Virus record (IMG/VR): IMGVR_UViG_3300016476_000413 | Location: 1 to 55,580 of that record | DNA from: a virus | DNA length: 55,580 nucleotides | Strand: one strand, 5' to 3' | Part shown: positions 25,898 through 35,130 of the stretch, in pieces | Layout of the letters: each line of letters begins with the position of its first letter | How positions within the stretch are numbered: the stretch's first letter is position 1 | The notes under the pieces: model-generated | Told to the model about the DNA's origin: nothing | The model's database searches: none | Seen by the model: only the letters and a program-made list of their open reading frames with translations | Translations under genes and position numbers: made by a program

Positions 25898-26403
25898 TGT
25901 GGAAGATCTTCGACATCGTTCCTGGGGTGGTCTGGGCGGCAATGTGCGCCGTTCTGTTGGGCGCAAGCGCCATGACCTACGTCCGGCTGAAGTCGGCGCA
26001 ATCCGAAGTGGCCGAGGTGCGGGCAGAGTTTTCCACGTACAAGTCGGAAGTCGCAGAGAATACGAGGAAGGCTGAAGCAGAGGCTCGCACCAAGGAGCAA
26101 GCCATGCAACGCCAAGCTGAAAGGGTCGCCAATGAAGTCGCCAAGAAACAGACTGTGCTCGCTGCTCGCGCTGCTACCACTGAGCTTGTTGCTGGTCAGT
26201 TGCGCGACGAGATCGCCCGACTCAATGCCCGTCCAGCCCCCGCAGATCCCGTCTCTGCCACCTTCGCTCGCGAAGCCGCCACCGCAAGACAGCTACTTGG
26301 AGCGTGCTCAGAAGAATATCGAAGCGTGGCTCAAGGAGCTGACCAGCTCCGAGACCAAGTGACTGGTCTGCAGGATTACGTCGCCTCTGTTTGCAAGAAC
26401 TGA
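25897..26403 (+). CDS. i-spanin (Rz-like)
   Basis: N-terminal TM helix IVPGVVWAAMCAVLLGASAM followed by a long coiled coil. Position after the endolysin, with an embedded lipoprotein ORF. Confidence 0.75.
   Translation: MWKIFDIVPGVVWAAMCAVLLGASAMTYVRLKSAQSEVAEVRAEFSTYKSEVAENTRKAEAEARTKEQAMQRQAERVANEVAKKQTVLAARAATTELVAGQLRDEIARLNARPAPADPVSATFAREAATARQLLGACSEEYRSVAQGADQLRDQVTGLQDYVASVCKN
26132..26362 (+). CDS. o-spanin (Rz1-like lipoprotein) embedded out of frame in the i-spanin gene
   Basis: 76 aa. Signal plus lipobox LSLLLVSC, and a Pro-rich mature part PVQPPQIPSLPPSLAKPPP. Confidence 0.75.
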   Translation: MKSPRNRLCSLLALLPLSLLLVSCATRSPDSMPVQPPQIPSLPPSLAKPPPQDSYLERAQKNIEAWLKELTSSETK

Positions 26404-26406
26404 ATC

Positions 26407-29139
26407 ATGACCGCCATCGTCGTCAAAGCCTTCAACGGGATCAAGCCGATCTCCGACCCTCGTCTGTTGAACAACAACGAGGCGCAGATCGCCAAGAACG
26501 TCCGCCTGATCTCGGGCGCTTTGACGCCTCTGTCCGACACGACGCTGCTCAAGGCCACCACCAGCATCAACCCGGGCACGATCTTTCGCTACGGCAACAG
26601 CGCCGATGAGATGCAGTACTGGCTCGAGTGGGCCGGCACGGTCGACGTCATGCGATCTCCCGTCGCGCAGGACCAGTTTGACAGGCTCTACTGGACGGTG
26701 CCCGACAACGGGGCTACCAAGTACAGGCCGCGCTATGCCCCCAACAGCTTGATCCTGTCCGGAGTCAACTACCCCGGCGCGTCCTACGAGCTCGGCATCC
26801 CGAAGCCCTCGACGGCTCCGACCATCACGGCCTTCACCCCGGTGGCCAACTACACCCCGGTGACCCGCGAGTACGTCCTGACCTTCTGGAACCCGACCAC
26901 CTCCAAGGAATCTGTTCCCGGTCCGATCTTCACCACGCAGGCGGTGGACGGCAAGCCGGTCAACCTGACCAACCTGACGACCAACAACCTTGGCGACTCC
27001 GGCGTCACTACCAAGCGCCTGTACCGCAAGGTCTCCGGGACGTTCCGTCGCGTGACTGAGCTGGCACTCGACATCACGACCTACGAGGACACGGCAACAG
27101 ACGCCTCGTTGGCCAGCGCACCGACGCTGCCGGCTGGCATTGGCTCCGCCCCGACAGCCTCGACTCGAGCCCCCACGGTTGCAGCCGGCACCGCCGTCAC
27201 CACGGCTGCTGGCGTCTCGCGCAGCTACGTCTACACCATCAAGAACTTCTCGGTGCAGACGGGCTCCGGCGACAGCGTGAGCGTGCAGTACTACAGCGAG
27301 TCCGCACCCAGCCCGGTCCGCAGCATCACGGCAGACACCACCCAGACGGTGACCATTTCTGGCTTCAACAACAACCTGTCGGGCTCGCATTTCCGGATCT
27401 ACCGCCAAGACCCCGGGCAGGCCAACTACCAGCTCGTGGCCGAGATCCCTGTGACGCAGAGCTCGTACTCGGACGTCATCAGCGCCACGGTGCTGGGCGC
27501 TCCCCTGCAGTTCGACGCCCCGGGCACACAGACTCCGAGCTCCACGCCGACGGCCAGCGTCAACGGATCGACCGCCACCTCGACGGTCAAGCGTGTCTAC
27601 ATGGTCACGCTGGTCGATGCCTCCGGCAACGAGAGCGGCAAGAGCCCCGCCAGCGCGGTGGTAGAGGTCGTCGATGGACAGACCACGGTGACTGTTTCGC
27701 ACTCCGACGTGATCCCTGCCGGCGTCACCAAGAAGCGCTTCTACCGCCAGACCGTGACCCAGACCGGTGGCGTGCTCAACATGAACGATGCCAACTGGCG
27801 TCTGGTGGGTGAGAACACGGCCTCAACCACATCCATCACGGACAGAGCGGCTGAGTCCACCCTGACCACGCCACTGGCTCCGGCGCTGCAAGGCCTGCCG
27901 CCCACGCCTACGGCAACGCCTACAGTGAACGCCGAGATTCCGCCCAAGCGAGTCCCGGAGTCCCGCACCTACGTCTACACATTCGTGTCCGCCTATGGCG
28001 AGGAGGGAGCGCCTTCGGATGCCTCGGCAGTCGTCGACCTCGACCCAGAAGAGCCGGTAACCGTGTCGCTGCCCAGCACCCCTTCTGGCAGCTTCAACAT
28101 CACGCTCAAGCGCATCTACCGCTCCTCCACCGTGGGCACCCGGGCGCAGTTCCAGTTCGTGGCCGAGGTGCCAGTTGCGACAAGCAGCTACACCGACAGC
28201 ATCGAGCAAGGCGATCTTGGCGAGGTGATCCCGTCGACGAGCTGGGTGCAGCCGCCGCTGGGCCTGCAGGGGCTGCGCCTGATGGCGAACGGCGCTGCCG
28301 TGGGCTTCGTGGGCAAGACGCTGTACTTCTCCGAGCCCAACCTGCCGCACGCTTGGCCGCACGAGTACCCCATCGACGAGGAGATCGTGGGCATCGGGGT
28401 TTTCGGCCAGTCTGTTGCTGTGCTGACCAAGGGTTATCCCTACCTGTTCCAAGGGGTGGACCCGGCTGCGATGGCGTCGACCAAGTTGCAGCTCCCGCAG
28501 GCCTGCGCCAGCCGGCGCTCGATTGTCGAGACCGGTGACGGTGTGGTCTATGCCTCGCCCGATGGGCTGGTTTCCATTGGTGCCAGTGTCGGCGTCATCA
28601 CGCAGAGCATGGTCAGCCGCACCCAGTGGCAGGCCTACAACCCGACGACCATGCAGGCCTACCTGCACAACGGTCGAGTGGTGGTCTTCCATACCTCAAT
28701 CTACGGCGAGCGCACGACAACCCTGTTCGACCTGTCCGGGCAGGGCGCGGTCATGACGACGGGAGACATCACCTCTGGTGGTGTTGTGACAGCCGGCTAC
28801 CACGATGCCCGCACCGACACGCTGTATCTGGCTCAGGACAATCAGATCGTGCGCTGGGATTCTGGCCTGTCACTGTCGATGGTCTGGCGCAGCAAGACGT
28901 TCCGCCTGCCGTGGCCGGACAACCTGTCTGTCGCACAGGTCCGCGCCTCGGCTTACCCGGTGACCTTCCGCCTGATCGCGGACGGCAACACAGTCCACAC
29001 CGAGACCGTGCAGGGGCCGGATTCGTTCCGCCTGCCCGGTGGGTTCCGCGCCGTCGATTACTGGTTCGAGATCGAGGGCACCAACACTGTCACTGAGGTC
29101 GTCATCGCGACCAGCGCTCTGGAGTTGAAGGCAGCATGA
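26407..29139 (+). CDS. large tail structural protein (910 aa; tail tube or nozzle-type candidate)
   Basis: Large ORF after the lysis cassette, coupled to the J-like gene. The call is positional and size-based. Confidence 0.5.
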   Translation: MTAIVVKAFNGIKPISDPRLLNNNEAQIAKNVRLISGALTPLSDTTLLKATTSINPGTIFRYGNSADEMQYWLEWAGTVDVMRSPVAQDQFDRLYWTVPDNGATKYRPRYAPNSLILSGVNYPGASYELGIPKPSTAPTITAFTPVANYTPVTREYVLTFWNPTTSKESVPGPIFTTQAVDGKPVNLTNLTTNNLGDSGVTTKRLYRKVSGTFRRVTELALDITTYEDTATDASLASAPTLPAGIGSAPTASTRAPTVAAGTAVTTAAGVSRSYVYTIKNFSVQTGSGDSVSVQYYSESAPSPVRSITADTTQTVTISGFNNNLSGSHFRIYRQDPGQANYQLVAEIPVTQSSYSDVISATVLGAPLQFDAPGTQTPSSTPTASVNGSTATSTVKRVYMVTLVDASGNESGKSPASAVVEVVDGQTTVTVSHSDVIPAGVTKKRFYRQTVTQTGGVLNMNDANWRLVGENTASTTSITDRAAESTLTTPLAPALQGLPPTPTATPTVNAEIPPKRVPESRTYVYTFVSAYGEEGAPSDASAVVDLDPEEPVTVSLPSTPSGSFNITLKRIYRSSTVGTRAQFQFVAEVPVATSSYTDSIEQGDLGEVIPSTSWVQPPLGLQGLRLMANGAAVGFVGKTLYFSEPNLPHAWPHEYPIDEEIVGIGVFGQSVAVLTKGYPYLFQGVDPAAMASTKLQLPQACASRRSIVETGDGVVYASPDGLVSIGASVGVITQSMVSRTQWQAYNPTTMQAYLHNGRVVVFHTSIYGERTTTLFDLSGQGAVMTTGDITSGGVVTAGYHDARTDTLYLAQDNQIVRWDSGLSLSMVWRSKTFRLPWPDNLSVAQVRASAYPVTFRLIADGNTVHTETVQGPDSFRLPGGFRAVDYWFEIEGTNTVTEVVIATSALELKAA

Positions 29140-31019
29140 GCCGCGAGACCAAAGTCCCATCCATCCCTGACGTTCGCGACGACAACGTCAAGGACGTCCT
29201 GCGGGCCATCAAGGCGACGCTTGAGGTCCGTGAGGGGTCCATCGGTGATCCGCTGGATCAGGGTGCGACCTTCCGCGATCTGGTGGGCCTCAACCTTGCC
29301 GACCTTGTCGAGACCAACAACAGCGGCTCAAGTGCCGGCGTGGTAGGCCCTGTCGTGGGCGTGCTGCCTCCGATTACGGGCGGCTACAACCCAAGCACTG
29401 ACTACACGGTTCCGCCTGCGCCCACTGGGCTCCGCGCCTCGGGCGGGTTCACCAATGTCTTTCTCGAGTGGGATGGTGCGCCTTACCGCAACCACGCCTA
29501 CACCGAGATCTGGCGCTCACAGTTCGACAACATCGGTACGGCAGTCCTGATCGGCACCACTGCGGCCAACGTCTACGCCGACCCGGCTGACGCCAACACG
29601 ACCTACTACTACTGGATCAGGTTCGTGTCTGTCGCTGCAGTCACTGGACCGTACAACGGCACCAGTGGCACGGTGGCCACAACGGCGCTGGACGTCACGG
29701 CAGCGCTGACGGCCATCTCCAACGAGATCATCAACTCGCAGCTCTTCACGGACCTCAGCACACGGGTTGCGGTGAACACGACCGGCATTCAGGAGCTGCA
29801 ACAGATCACCGCCACCTCGGCCAGTCAGGTCAACACCTTGGCCAGCGTGGTCAACGGCAACACTGCGGCCATCGAGGTGGCGCAACAGTCTGTCGATGGT
29901 CTGCGGGCGCAGTACTCGGTCAAGATTGACAACAACGGCTACGTCAGCGGCTTTGGCTTGTCGTCGTCCCCGGTCAATGGCGTCCCGCGCTCGAGCTTCA
30001 TTGTCCGCGCCGACTCGTTTGCCATCGCCCCGTCTGCGCCTCCGGCGTGGAGCTCGACCACGACCTACTTCAAGAACCAGACGGTGAGCTACACCTCTGG
30101 CGGTCAGACCCGGACCTATCAGGCCAAGCTCGACAGCACCAACGTCCTGCCAACGAACACGACCTACTGGAACGACATCACCTCAATCCTGCCGTTTGCC
30201 GTGCTCACGCAGAACACGGTCATCGACGGGGTGACGTACCCGGCTGGCACGTACATCAAGACCGCATTCATCGCGGACGCGACAATCACCAACGCCAAGA
30301 TCCAGAGCCTGACGGCGGACAAGATCACTACCGGCAGCTTGACTGCTGCAGTCGGCATCACCACTGGCGTGATCTCTGGTGGTGTGGCGGGCTACAACAG
30401 CGGCACCGGCTTTTGGCTTGGCAATGACGGCGGCGTCTACAAGTTCTACGTCGGCTCGTTCAGCCAGAACATGCGCTGGGACGGATCGTCTCTAAGCGTG
30501 ACTGGCAACATCAACGCCACGTCCGGCAGCTTCTACAACATCACCGTCTACGACACCAGTGGCGCGGTTCTGTTGAGCTCTGGGTCGGGCATCAACCTGT
30601 CTGGCTCGACCATTCCGGCGTCCAACGTGACGGGGCTCGGTGCGCTGGCCACGCAGAACAGCGTCACCACCGGTCAGGTCAGCGGTCTCGGTGCGCTGGC
30701 CACACAGAACGACGTTTTCATTGGGTCGAACGTCAAGATCTGGAACGGCAGCACCTATACGGTGCTGAACACTGGCGACTTCGTGAACAGTCTTTCGAAG
30801 ATCACGTCGACCAACATCAGCACCTTCATCGCATCTGCGGCCATCGGCAACGCCTACATCGGCAACCTCGATGCAGCGAAGATCACCACTGGGTCGCTCG
30901 CCACCAACAGGCTGCAGATCGGCAACAACAGCGGGTCGAGCCGCATCCAGATGTTCGATGACCGCATCGAAGTCTGGAATGGCGGCGTCCTCAGAGTGAA
31001 GATTGGGAATCTGGCATGA
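29136..31019 (+). CDS. host-specificity / tail-tip protein (lambda J C-terminal-like, FN3 domain)
   Basis: 627 aa. IKATLEVREGSIGDPLD, FN3-like PPAPTGLRASGGFTNVFLEWDG...YYYWIRFVS, and SFIVRADSFAIAP, as seen in J-type proteins. Confidence 0.65.
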   Translation: MSRETKVPSIPDVRDDNVKDVLRAIKATLEVREGSIGDPLDQGATFRDLVGLNLADLVETNNSGSSAGVVGPVVGVLPPITGGYNPSTDYTVPPAPTGLRASGGFTNVFLEWDGAPYRNHAYTEIWRSQFDNIGTAVLIGTTAANVYADPADANTTYYYWIRFVSVAAVTGPYNGTSGTVATTALDVTAALTAISNEIINSQLFTDLSTRVAVNTTGIQELQQITATSASQVNTLASVVNGNTAAIEVAQQSVDGLRAQYSVKIDNNGYVSGFGLSSSPVNGVPRSSFIVRADSFAIAPSAPPAWSSTTTYFKNQTVSYTSGGQTRTYQAKLDSTNVLPTNTTYWNDITSILPFAVLTQNTVIDGVTYPAGTYIKTAFIADATITNAKIQSLTADKITTGSLTAAVGITTGVISGGVAGYNSGTGFWLGNDGGVYKFYVGSFSQNMRWDGSSLSVTGNINATSGSFYNITVYDTSGAVLLSSGSGINLSGSTIPASNVTGLGALATQNSVTTGQVSGLGALATQNDVFIGSNVKIWNGSTYTVLNTGDFVNSLSKITSTNISTFIASAAIGNAYIGNLDAAKITTGSLATNRLQIGNNSGSSRIQMFDDRIEVWNGGVLRVKIGNLA

Positions 31020-31321
31020 GCTACGGGATGCAGACATTCAGCTCGGCGGGACAGCTTGAGTTCAGCACGAGCAGCATCGGCGGCGTGTACGTCAACCAGT
31101 ACACGATCCCCACGACTGGCGGCTCTCCGGGCTCGCCGGCCTACATCTCGTTCCCGCAATACCCGGGGCGGCAGATCGCTGTGGTCACAATCTTGGCCGG
31201 CGATCAGGAGTTCGTCGTCGACTACGGCGCTGGCTATCCGCGCATCGCCTTCTGGCAGGTGAATGCTTCGGCACCGTCGTCCTACCGCAACGCCTCCAAC
31301 GTGATGGTGTTCCTGCTGTGA
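31016..31321 (+). CDS. hypothetical tail-module protein (101 aa), MSYG-family paralogue
   Basis: The MSYGMQTFSSAGQLEF N-terminus is similar to that of the next gene. ATGA overlap with the upstream gene. Confidence 0.55.
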   Translation: MSYGMQTFSSAGQLEFSTSSIGGVYVNQYTIPTTGGSPGSPAYISFPQYPGRQIAVVTILAGDQEFVVDYGAGYPRIAFWQVNASAPSSYRNASNVMVFLL

Positions 31322-32100
31322 GTTACGGCTTCCAGTTCCTAAACGACTCGGGTCAGATCGTCATCGACGACACCCACGTCAAGCCGTGGTTCGTCGGCAA
31401 GGCGACCTACATCAACGCGACCGGGCCGATCACCTACAACGGCTCCATCGGGATCTCCGGGTACGACTGGTACATCGCAAACTACACAGCGCCGGCTGGC
31501 GCGAGCGGCATCTTCTTCATCACGATGCCGACCGACCGGGGCTTCTACTGGGCGCAACCCCAGTACACCGCTGGTGGCACGATTCAGGTCAACGGCGCTT
31601 GGCCAAGCGGCACGTTGGTGGACATCAGCGAGGTGCCGGAGGTTTACTGCTTTTCGCTTGGGCCTGTCACCCCATCAAACACTGGGTACGGGGCGCAGGT
31701 TTTCGACGCCTATGGCCAGTGCGTGTTCGACACCAACAGGCCGCACATCAACCCGATCTCAACTCCCGGCATTGATCTGCCGCTGGTGCTGCTGACCGGA
31801 TACAACAGCCCACCCTCCATCGGGGCGGACGAGTACAACTCGCTGGGTGCCTACGCCGCCAAGCCGGCCATCTACCTGCCGCGCACCTTTACCCTCGCCG
31901 CGCAGCGCAAGGGGCCACTGGTGAACAGCTCGGACCTCTACGAGATTCAGGCGATGTTCAAGCGCAGCGGCACAACCCTGATCGCGTCCAAGAAGACCAC
32001 CACCCAGTACTTCGAGGACCAAGCCATCACCTATGTGCTCAACGAGGGCAACCCGTACAACCAGACGATTCTGGTTTTGGACGCAAACAGGTATGACTGA
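31318..32100 (+). CDS. hypothetical tail-module protein (260 aa), MSYG-family paralogue
   Basis: The GTG start overlaps the upstream stop. N-terminus MSYGFQFLNDSGQIVID. Confidence 0.55.
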   Translation: MSYGFQFLNDSGQIVIDDTHVKPWFVGKATYINATGPITYNGSIGISGYDWYIANYTAPAGASGIFFITMPTDRGFYWAQPQYTAGGTIQVNGAWPSGTLVDISEVPEVYCFSLGPVTPSNTGYGAQVFDAYGQCVFDTNRPHINPISTPGIDLPLVLLTGYNSPPSIGADEYNSLGAYAAKPAIYLPRTFTLAAQRKGPLVNSSDLYEIQAMFKRSGTTLIASKKTTTQYFEDQAITYVLNEGNPYNQTILVLDANRYD

Positions 32101-32221
32101 CAGTGATCTGTTGCCGGTCGTCATCTGTTGTTGTTGCTTTGCGCGAACAGCCTGAATTTCCCGCGAAATCTGTCGTCCTTCGATAGAATTTGGAGGGGTA
32201 AAAAGCAACCGAAGGGATCTC

Positions 32222-32836
32222 ATGCCAGCACTGAGCCACACCAATCTGCGCCGTGCGCTGGCGTCGCAGCTCGGCCAGTTCCTGACGCCTGAGATTGCCG
32301 CACAGATCGAGCTCGCAGCCTTTGACAACGAGGACCGCGCACACCACCCGAGCAAGTTTGGCGAGCGCGAGTACAAGGGCTTTGTGTTCCGCGCCGAGCT
32401 CTTGCGCGACATCGTCGACGAGATCCACCCGCTGCACCAGAAGCACTTCGAGGAGACCGAGAAGCACCGCCTCGGCTTTGGTCTCGACGTCGACTACGAC
32501 TACATGCGCGAGATGGAGCGACAGGGTCACTTGATCCAGTTCGTTTGCCGCACTCGCGACACAGGGAAACTTGTCGGCAACATCAGGATGTATGTGCAGA
32601 AGAGCCTCCACACCGGGACGCTCTACGCATCGGAGGACACCTTCTACATGCTGCCGGAGTACCGACAGGGCTTCGCTGCCCTGCGGTTCTGGCAGTTCAT
32701 GGAAGACAGTGTTCGCGCCATCGGCGTGCGGGAGATCCGCACCGACAGCAAGGTTGTGAACAAGGTCAACAAGCTCAACGAGTACTGCGGCTACACGCTG
32801 GTGGCTCACAAGTACGTCAAAGTTTTTTCGGAGTAA
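32222..32836 (+). CDS. GNAT-fold acetyltransferase-like protein
   Basis: 204 aa, preceded by a 121-nt intergenic gap. The FYMLPEYRQGFAALRFWQFMEDSVRAIGVREI segment resembles the GNAT acetyl-CoA-binding core. Confidence 0.5.
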   Translation: MPALSHTNLRRALASQLGQFLTPEIAAQIELAAFDNEDRAHHPSKFGEREYKGFVFRAELLRDIVDEIHPLHQKHFEETEKHRLGFGLDVDYDYMREMERQGHLIQFVCRTRDTGKLVGNIRMYVQKSLHTGTLYASEDTFYMLPEYRQGFAALRFWQFMEDSVRAIGVREIRTDSKVVNKVNKLNEYCGYTLVAHKYVKVFSE

Positions 32837-32839
32837 GCC

Positions 32840-33907
32840 ATGTGCAAAGACGCACCATCCCCCGATCCGCTGATCGGTGAAGCCGCCAAGGCGAATGCCG
32901 ATGTCGCCAAGGAAGCTCTGTCCTTCTACAAGGACGTCTACACCAACGAACTGTTGCCGATGCAGAAAGAGCAGCAGGCACTGGGCCGCACGCTCATCGA
33001 CCGTTACCTCGCGTCGATGGACAAGCAGTCCGAGTTCGCGGACAAACAGAACGCCTACTACGAGTCCACGTTCCAGCCGGTCGAGCAACAGATGGTGCGC
33101 GACGCGATGGACTACGACTCGGCCTCGAACATCCAGCGACGCTCCGGCATTGCAGGAGCCAATGTCGAGCAACAGTTCTCGCAGGCTGTTCAAGAGAACA
33201 ACCGCAATCTGTCGCGCTACGGCCTCAACCCCAACAGTTCCGCATTCGCCCGGGTCAACGAGAACCTGATGCGCGAGAAGGCGCTGGGCGTGGCCGGGGC
33301 CAAGACTGGTGCGGCCTTCGACACAATGGACCGTGGCATTGCGCTGCGATCCGGCGCGGCAAACTTCGGACGCAACATGCCGAACACCGCTGCCAACTAC
33401 TACGGCCTGGCCGGCGCATCCGGTGGCCAAGCCTTCGGCACGCAGGGCGGCATGATTAACACCGCCCAACAGACGGCCAACACGATGGGCCAAGGCTACG
33501 GCACGTTCATGAGCGGCATGGGCTCGGCGGCTGGTATCGCCCAGTCCGACTACAACGCACGCCTCAACGCTTACAACCAAGAGCAGGCCGGCATCGGCAG
33601 CTTGATTGGCCTTGGCGTGACCGCTGGCATCGGCGGCATGGCAGGCGGCTGGACGGGTGCGGCCAAGGCACTGACCGGTCGAGGCTGGGCTGACGGCGGC
33701 GCGATCCGTGGCCCGGGCACCGGCATCAGCGACGATGTCCCTGCCGTGAATACCGACACGGGTGAGCCGATCCGAGTCTCCAACGGCGAGTACATCGTGC
33801 CGGCTGACGTTGTCCGTGCCAAGGGCGTCGAGTTCTTCGACAAGCTCAAGGCCAAGTACCACACTCCGGCAGCGATCCAGCGCCGTCAAGCACTCTCGAG
33901 GGGTTGA
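32840..33907 (+). CDS. internal virion / ejection protein
   Basis: 355 aa, Gly/Ala/Asn-rich. The C-terminal GWADGGAIRGPGTGISDDVPA...SNGEYIVPADVV motif is typical of podovirus internal proteins. Confidence 0.55.
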   Translation: MCKDAPSPDPLIGEAAKANADVAKEALSFYKDVYTNELLPMQKEQQALGRTLIDRYLASMDKQSEFADKQNAYYESTFQPVEQQMVRDAMDYDSASNIQRRSGIAGANVEQQFSQAVQENNRNLSRYGLNPNSSAFARVNENLMREKALGVAGAKTGAAFDTMDRGIALRSGAANFGRNMPNTAANYYGLAGASGGQAFGTQGGMINTAQQTANTMGQGYGTFMSGMGSAAGIAQSDYNARLNAYNQEQAGIGSLIGLGVTAGIGGMAGGWTGAAKALTGRGWADGGAIRGPGTGISDDVPAVNTDTGEPIRVSNGEYIVPADVVRAKGVEFFDKLKAKYHTPAAIQRRQALSRG

Positions 33908-33909
33908 AC

Positions 33910-35124
33910 ATGGGAATCGGTTTGCAAGCGGTAGCCGGTGGCATCCGTCAAGGTCTGCGGGATTACCGCGAGAACATGCGCTCGGTCGAGGACGAGGAGC
34001 GCCGTAAGAAGCAGGACGAGCGTCAGAAGCTCATGGATGATCGCGACGCCGAGCGGTTCAAGAACGAGCAGGGCCGCATGGAGGAAGAGAAGCGCCAGCG
34101 CGAAGCCCGTGCCAAGTTCGAGAAGGAGCTGCAACAGATCAACGCTGACGCGATGGCCGGCACCAACGGCTTCGACCAGTTCGGCTTCGTGGGTCAGCCG
34201 CAACAGCCGCAGGGTGCGATTGCCGCCCCGGGCGCTCCAGCCCAGCCGGCTGCGTCCAACCCGTTCAAGGCCACGGCTGACGGCCTGTACCGCAATCAGC
34301 GTGCTGCCGATCAACTGATTGCCGACCGTCGTGCTGCCGCCCTCGAGTCGCTCTACGCCTCGCTGGGCCAGCCCGAGAAGGCGGCAACAGTTCGCAGCCA
34401 GATGATGGAGCTGTTCGACAAGGACGTGGAGCGCAAGACCAAGACGGCGCTGGCCGCTGCAGCTCTCGGCGCACCGGGCTCGCTGGATGCGCTGTCTCGT
34501 GTCTACAGCTACTTCAACGACGGCATCTCGATCAACCCGCAGTCCGGCCAGTGGGACGCCAAGACCAAGTCGTGGAAGGGTATCGAGTTCGTCGACGACA
34601 AGGGCAACGCCACCAAGCGCGACATCACGCAACAGGATCTGTTGGCTCTAGCCAAGCGCGATGCTGCAGCGCTGGCGATGTTCAACATCGAGCAGGACTG
34701 GAAGCAGAAGGACTACGACCTCAAGGAGCGCCAGACCAAGGCCGACGAGACTCGTGCAACTGCCGCAGTCACTAGCGCCAACGCAAGCGCCTCCCGCGCC
34801 ACTGCACTCAATGCTCGCGAGAAGGCGGAGGCGAATGGCACGCAGCAGCGGCAGATGGTCGAAGCCGTGGCCCGCATGTTCCCGCTGGCCGTCAAGGAGT
34901 ACAAGGACGAGGAGCTCTTGGGCAAGGATCGCGAGAAGAAGCTGGCGTCCCAAGAGATGGAGAAGCGCATGTACAACAAGACGCTCGACCTCGCCGGCAT
35001 TAACCCTCGCGTCGATGTCCGCACACTGGCCGGCATCGCTCGCCAAGGCCGTGTCAACGCAGAGATGGATGGCGATGGCCGAGCCTTCACGATGGTCGGC
35101 ACGACCAAGGTGTACCTGCAGTAA
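33910..35124 (+). CDS. internal virion protein (coiled-coil, 404 aa)
   Basis: The ATG at 33910 lies 6 nt after GAGGGG. Highly charged helical sequence, upstream of the giant gene. Confidence 0.55.
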   Translation: MGIGLQAVAGGIRQGLRDYRENMRSVEDEERRKKQDERQKLMDDRDAERFKNEQGRMEEEKRQREARAKFEKELQQINADAMAGTNGFDQFGFVGQPQQPQGAIAAPGAPAQPAASNPFKATADGLYRNQRAADQLIADRRAAALESLYASLGQPEKAATVRSQMMELFDKDVERKTKTALAAAALGAPGSLDALSRVYSYFNDGISINPQSGQWDAKTKSWKGIEFVDDKGNATKRDITQQDLLALAKRDAAALAMFNIEQDWKQKDYDLKERQTKADETRATAAVTSANASASRATALNAREKAEANGTQQRQMVEAVARMFPLAVKEYKDEELLGKDREKKLASQEMEKRMYNKTLDLAGINPRVDVRTLAGIARQGRVNAEMDGDGRAFTMVGTTKVYLQ

Positions 35125-35130
35125 GGATCA

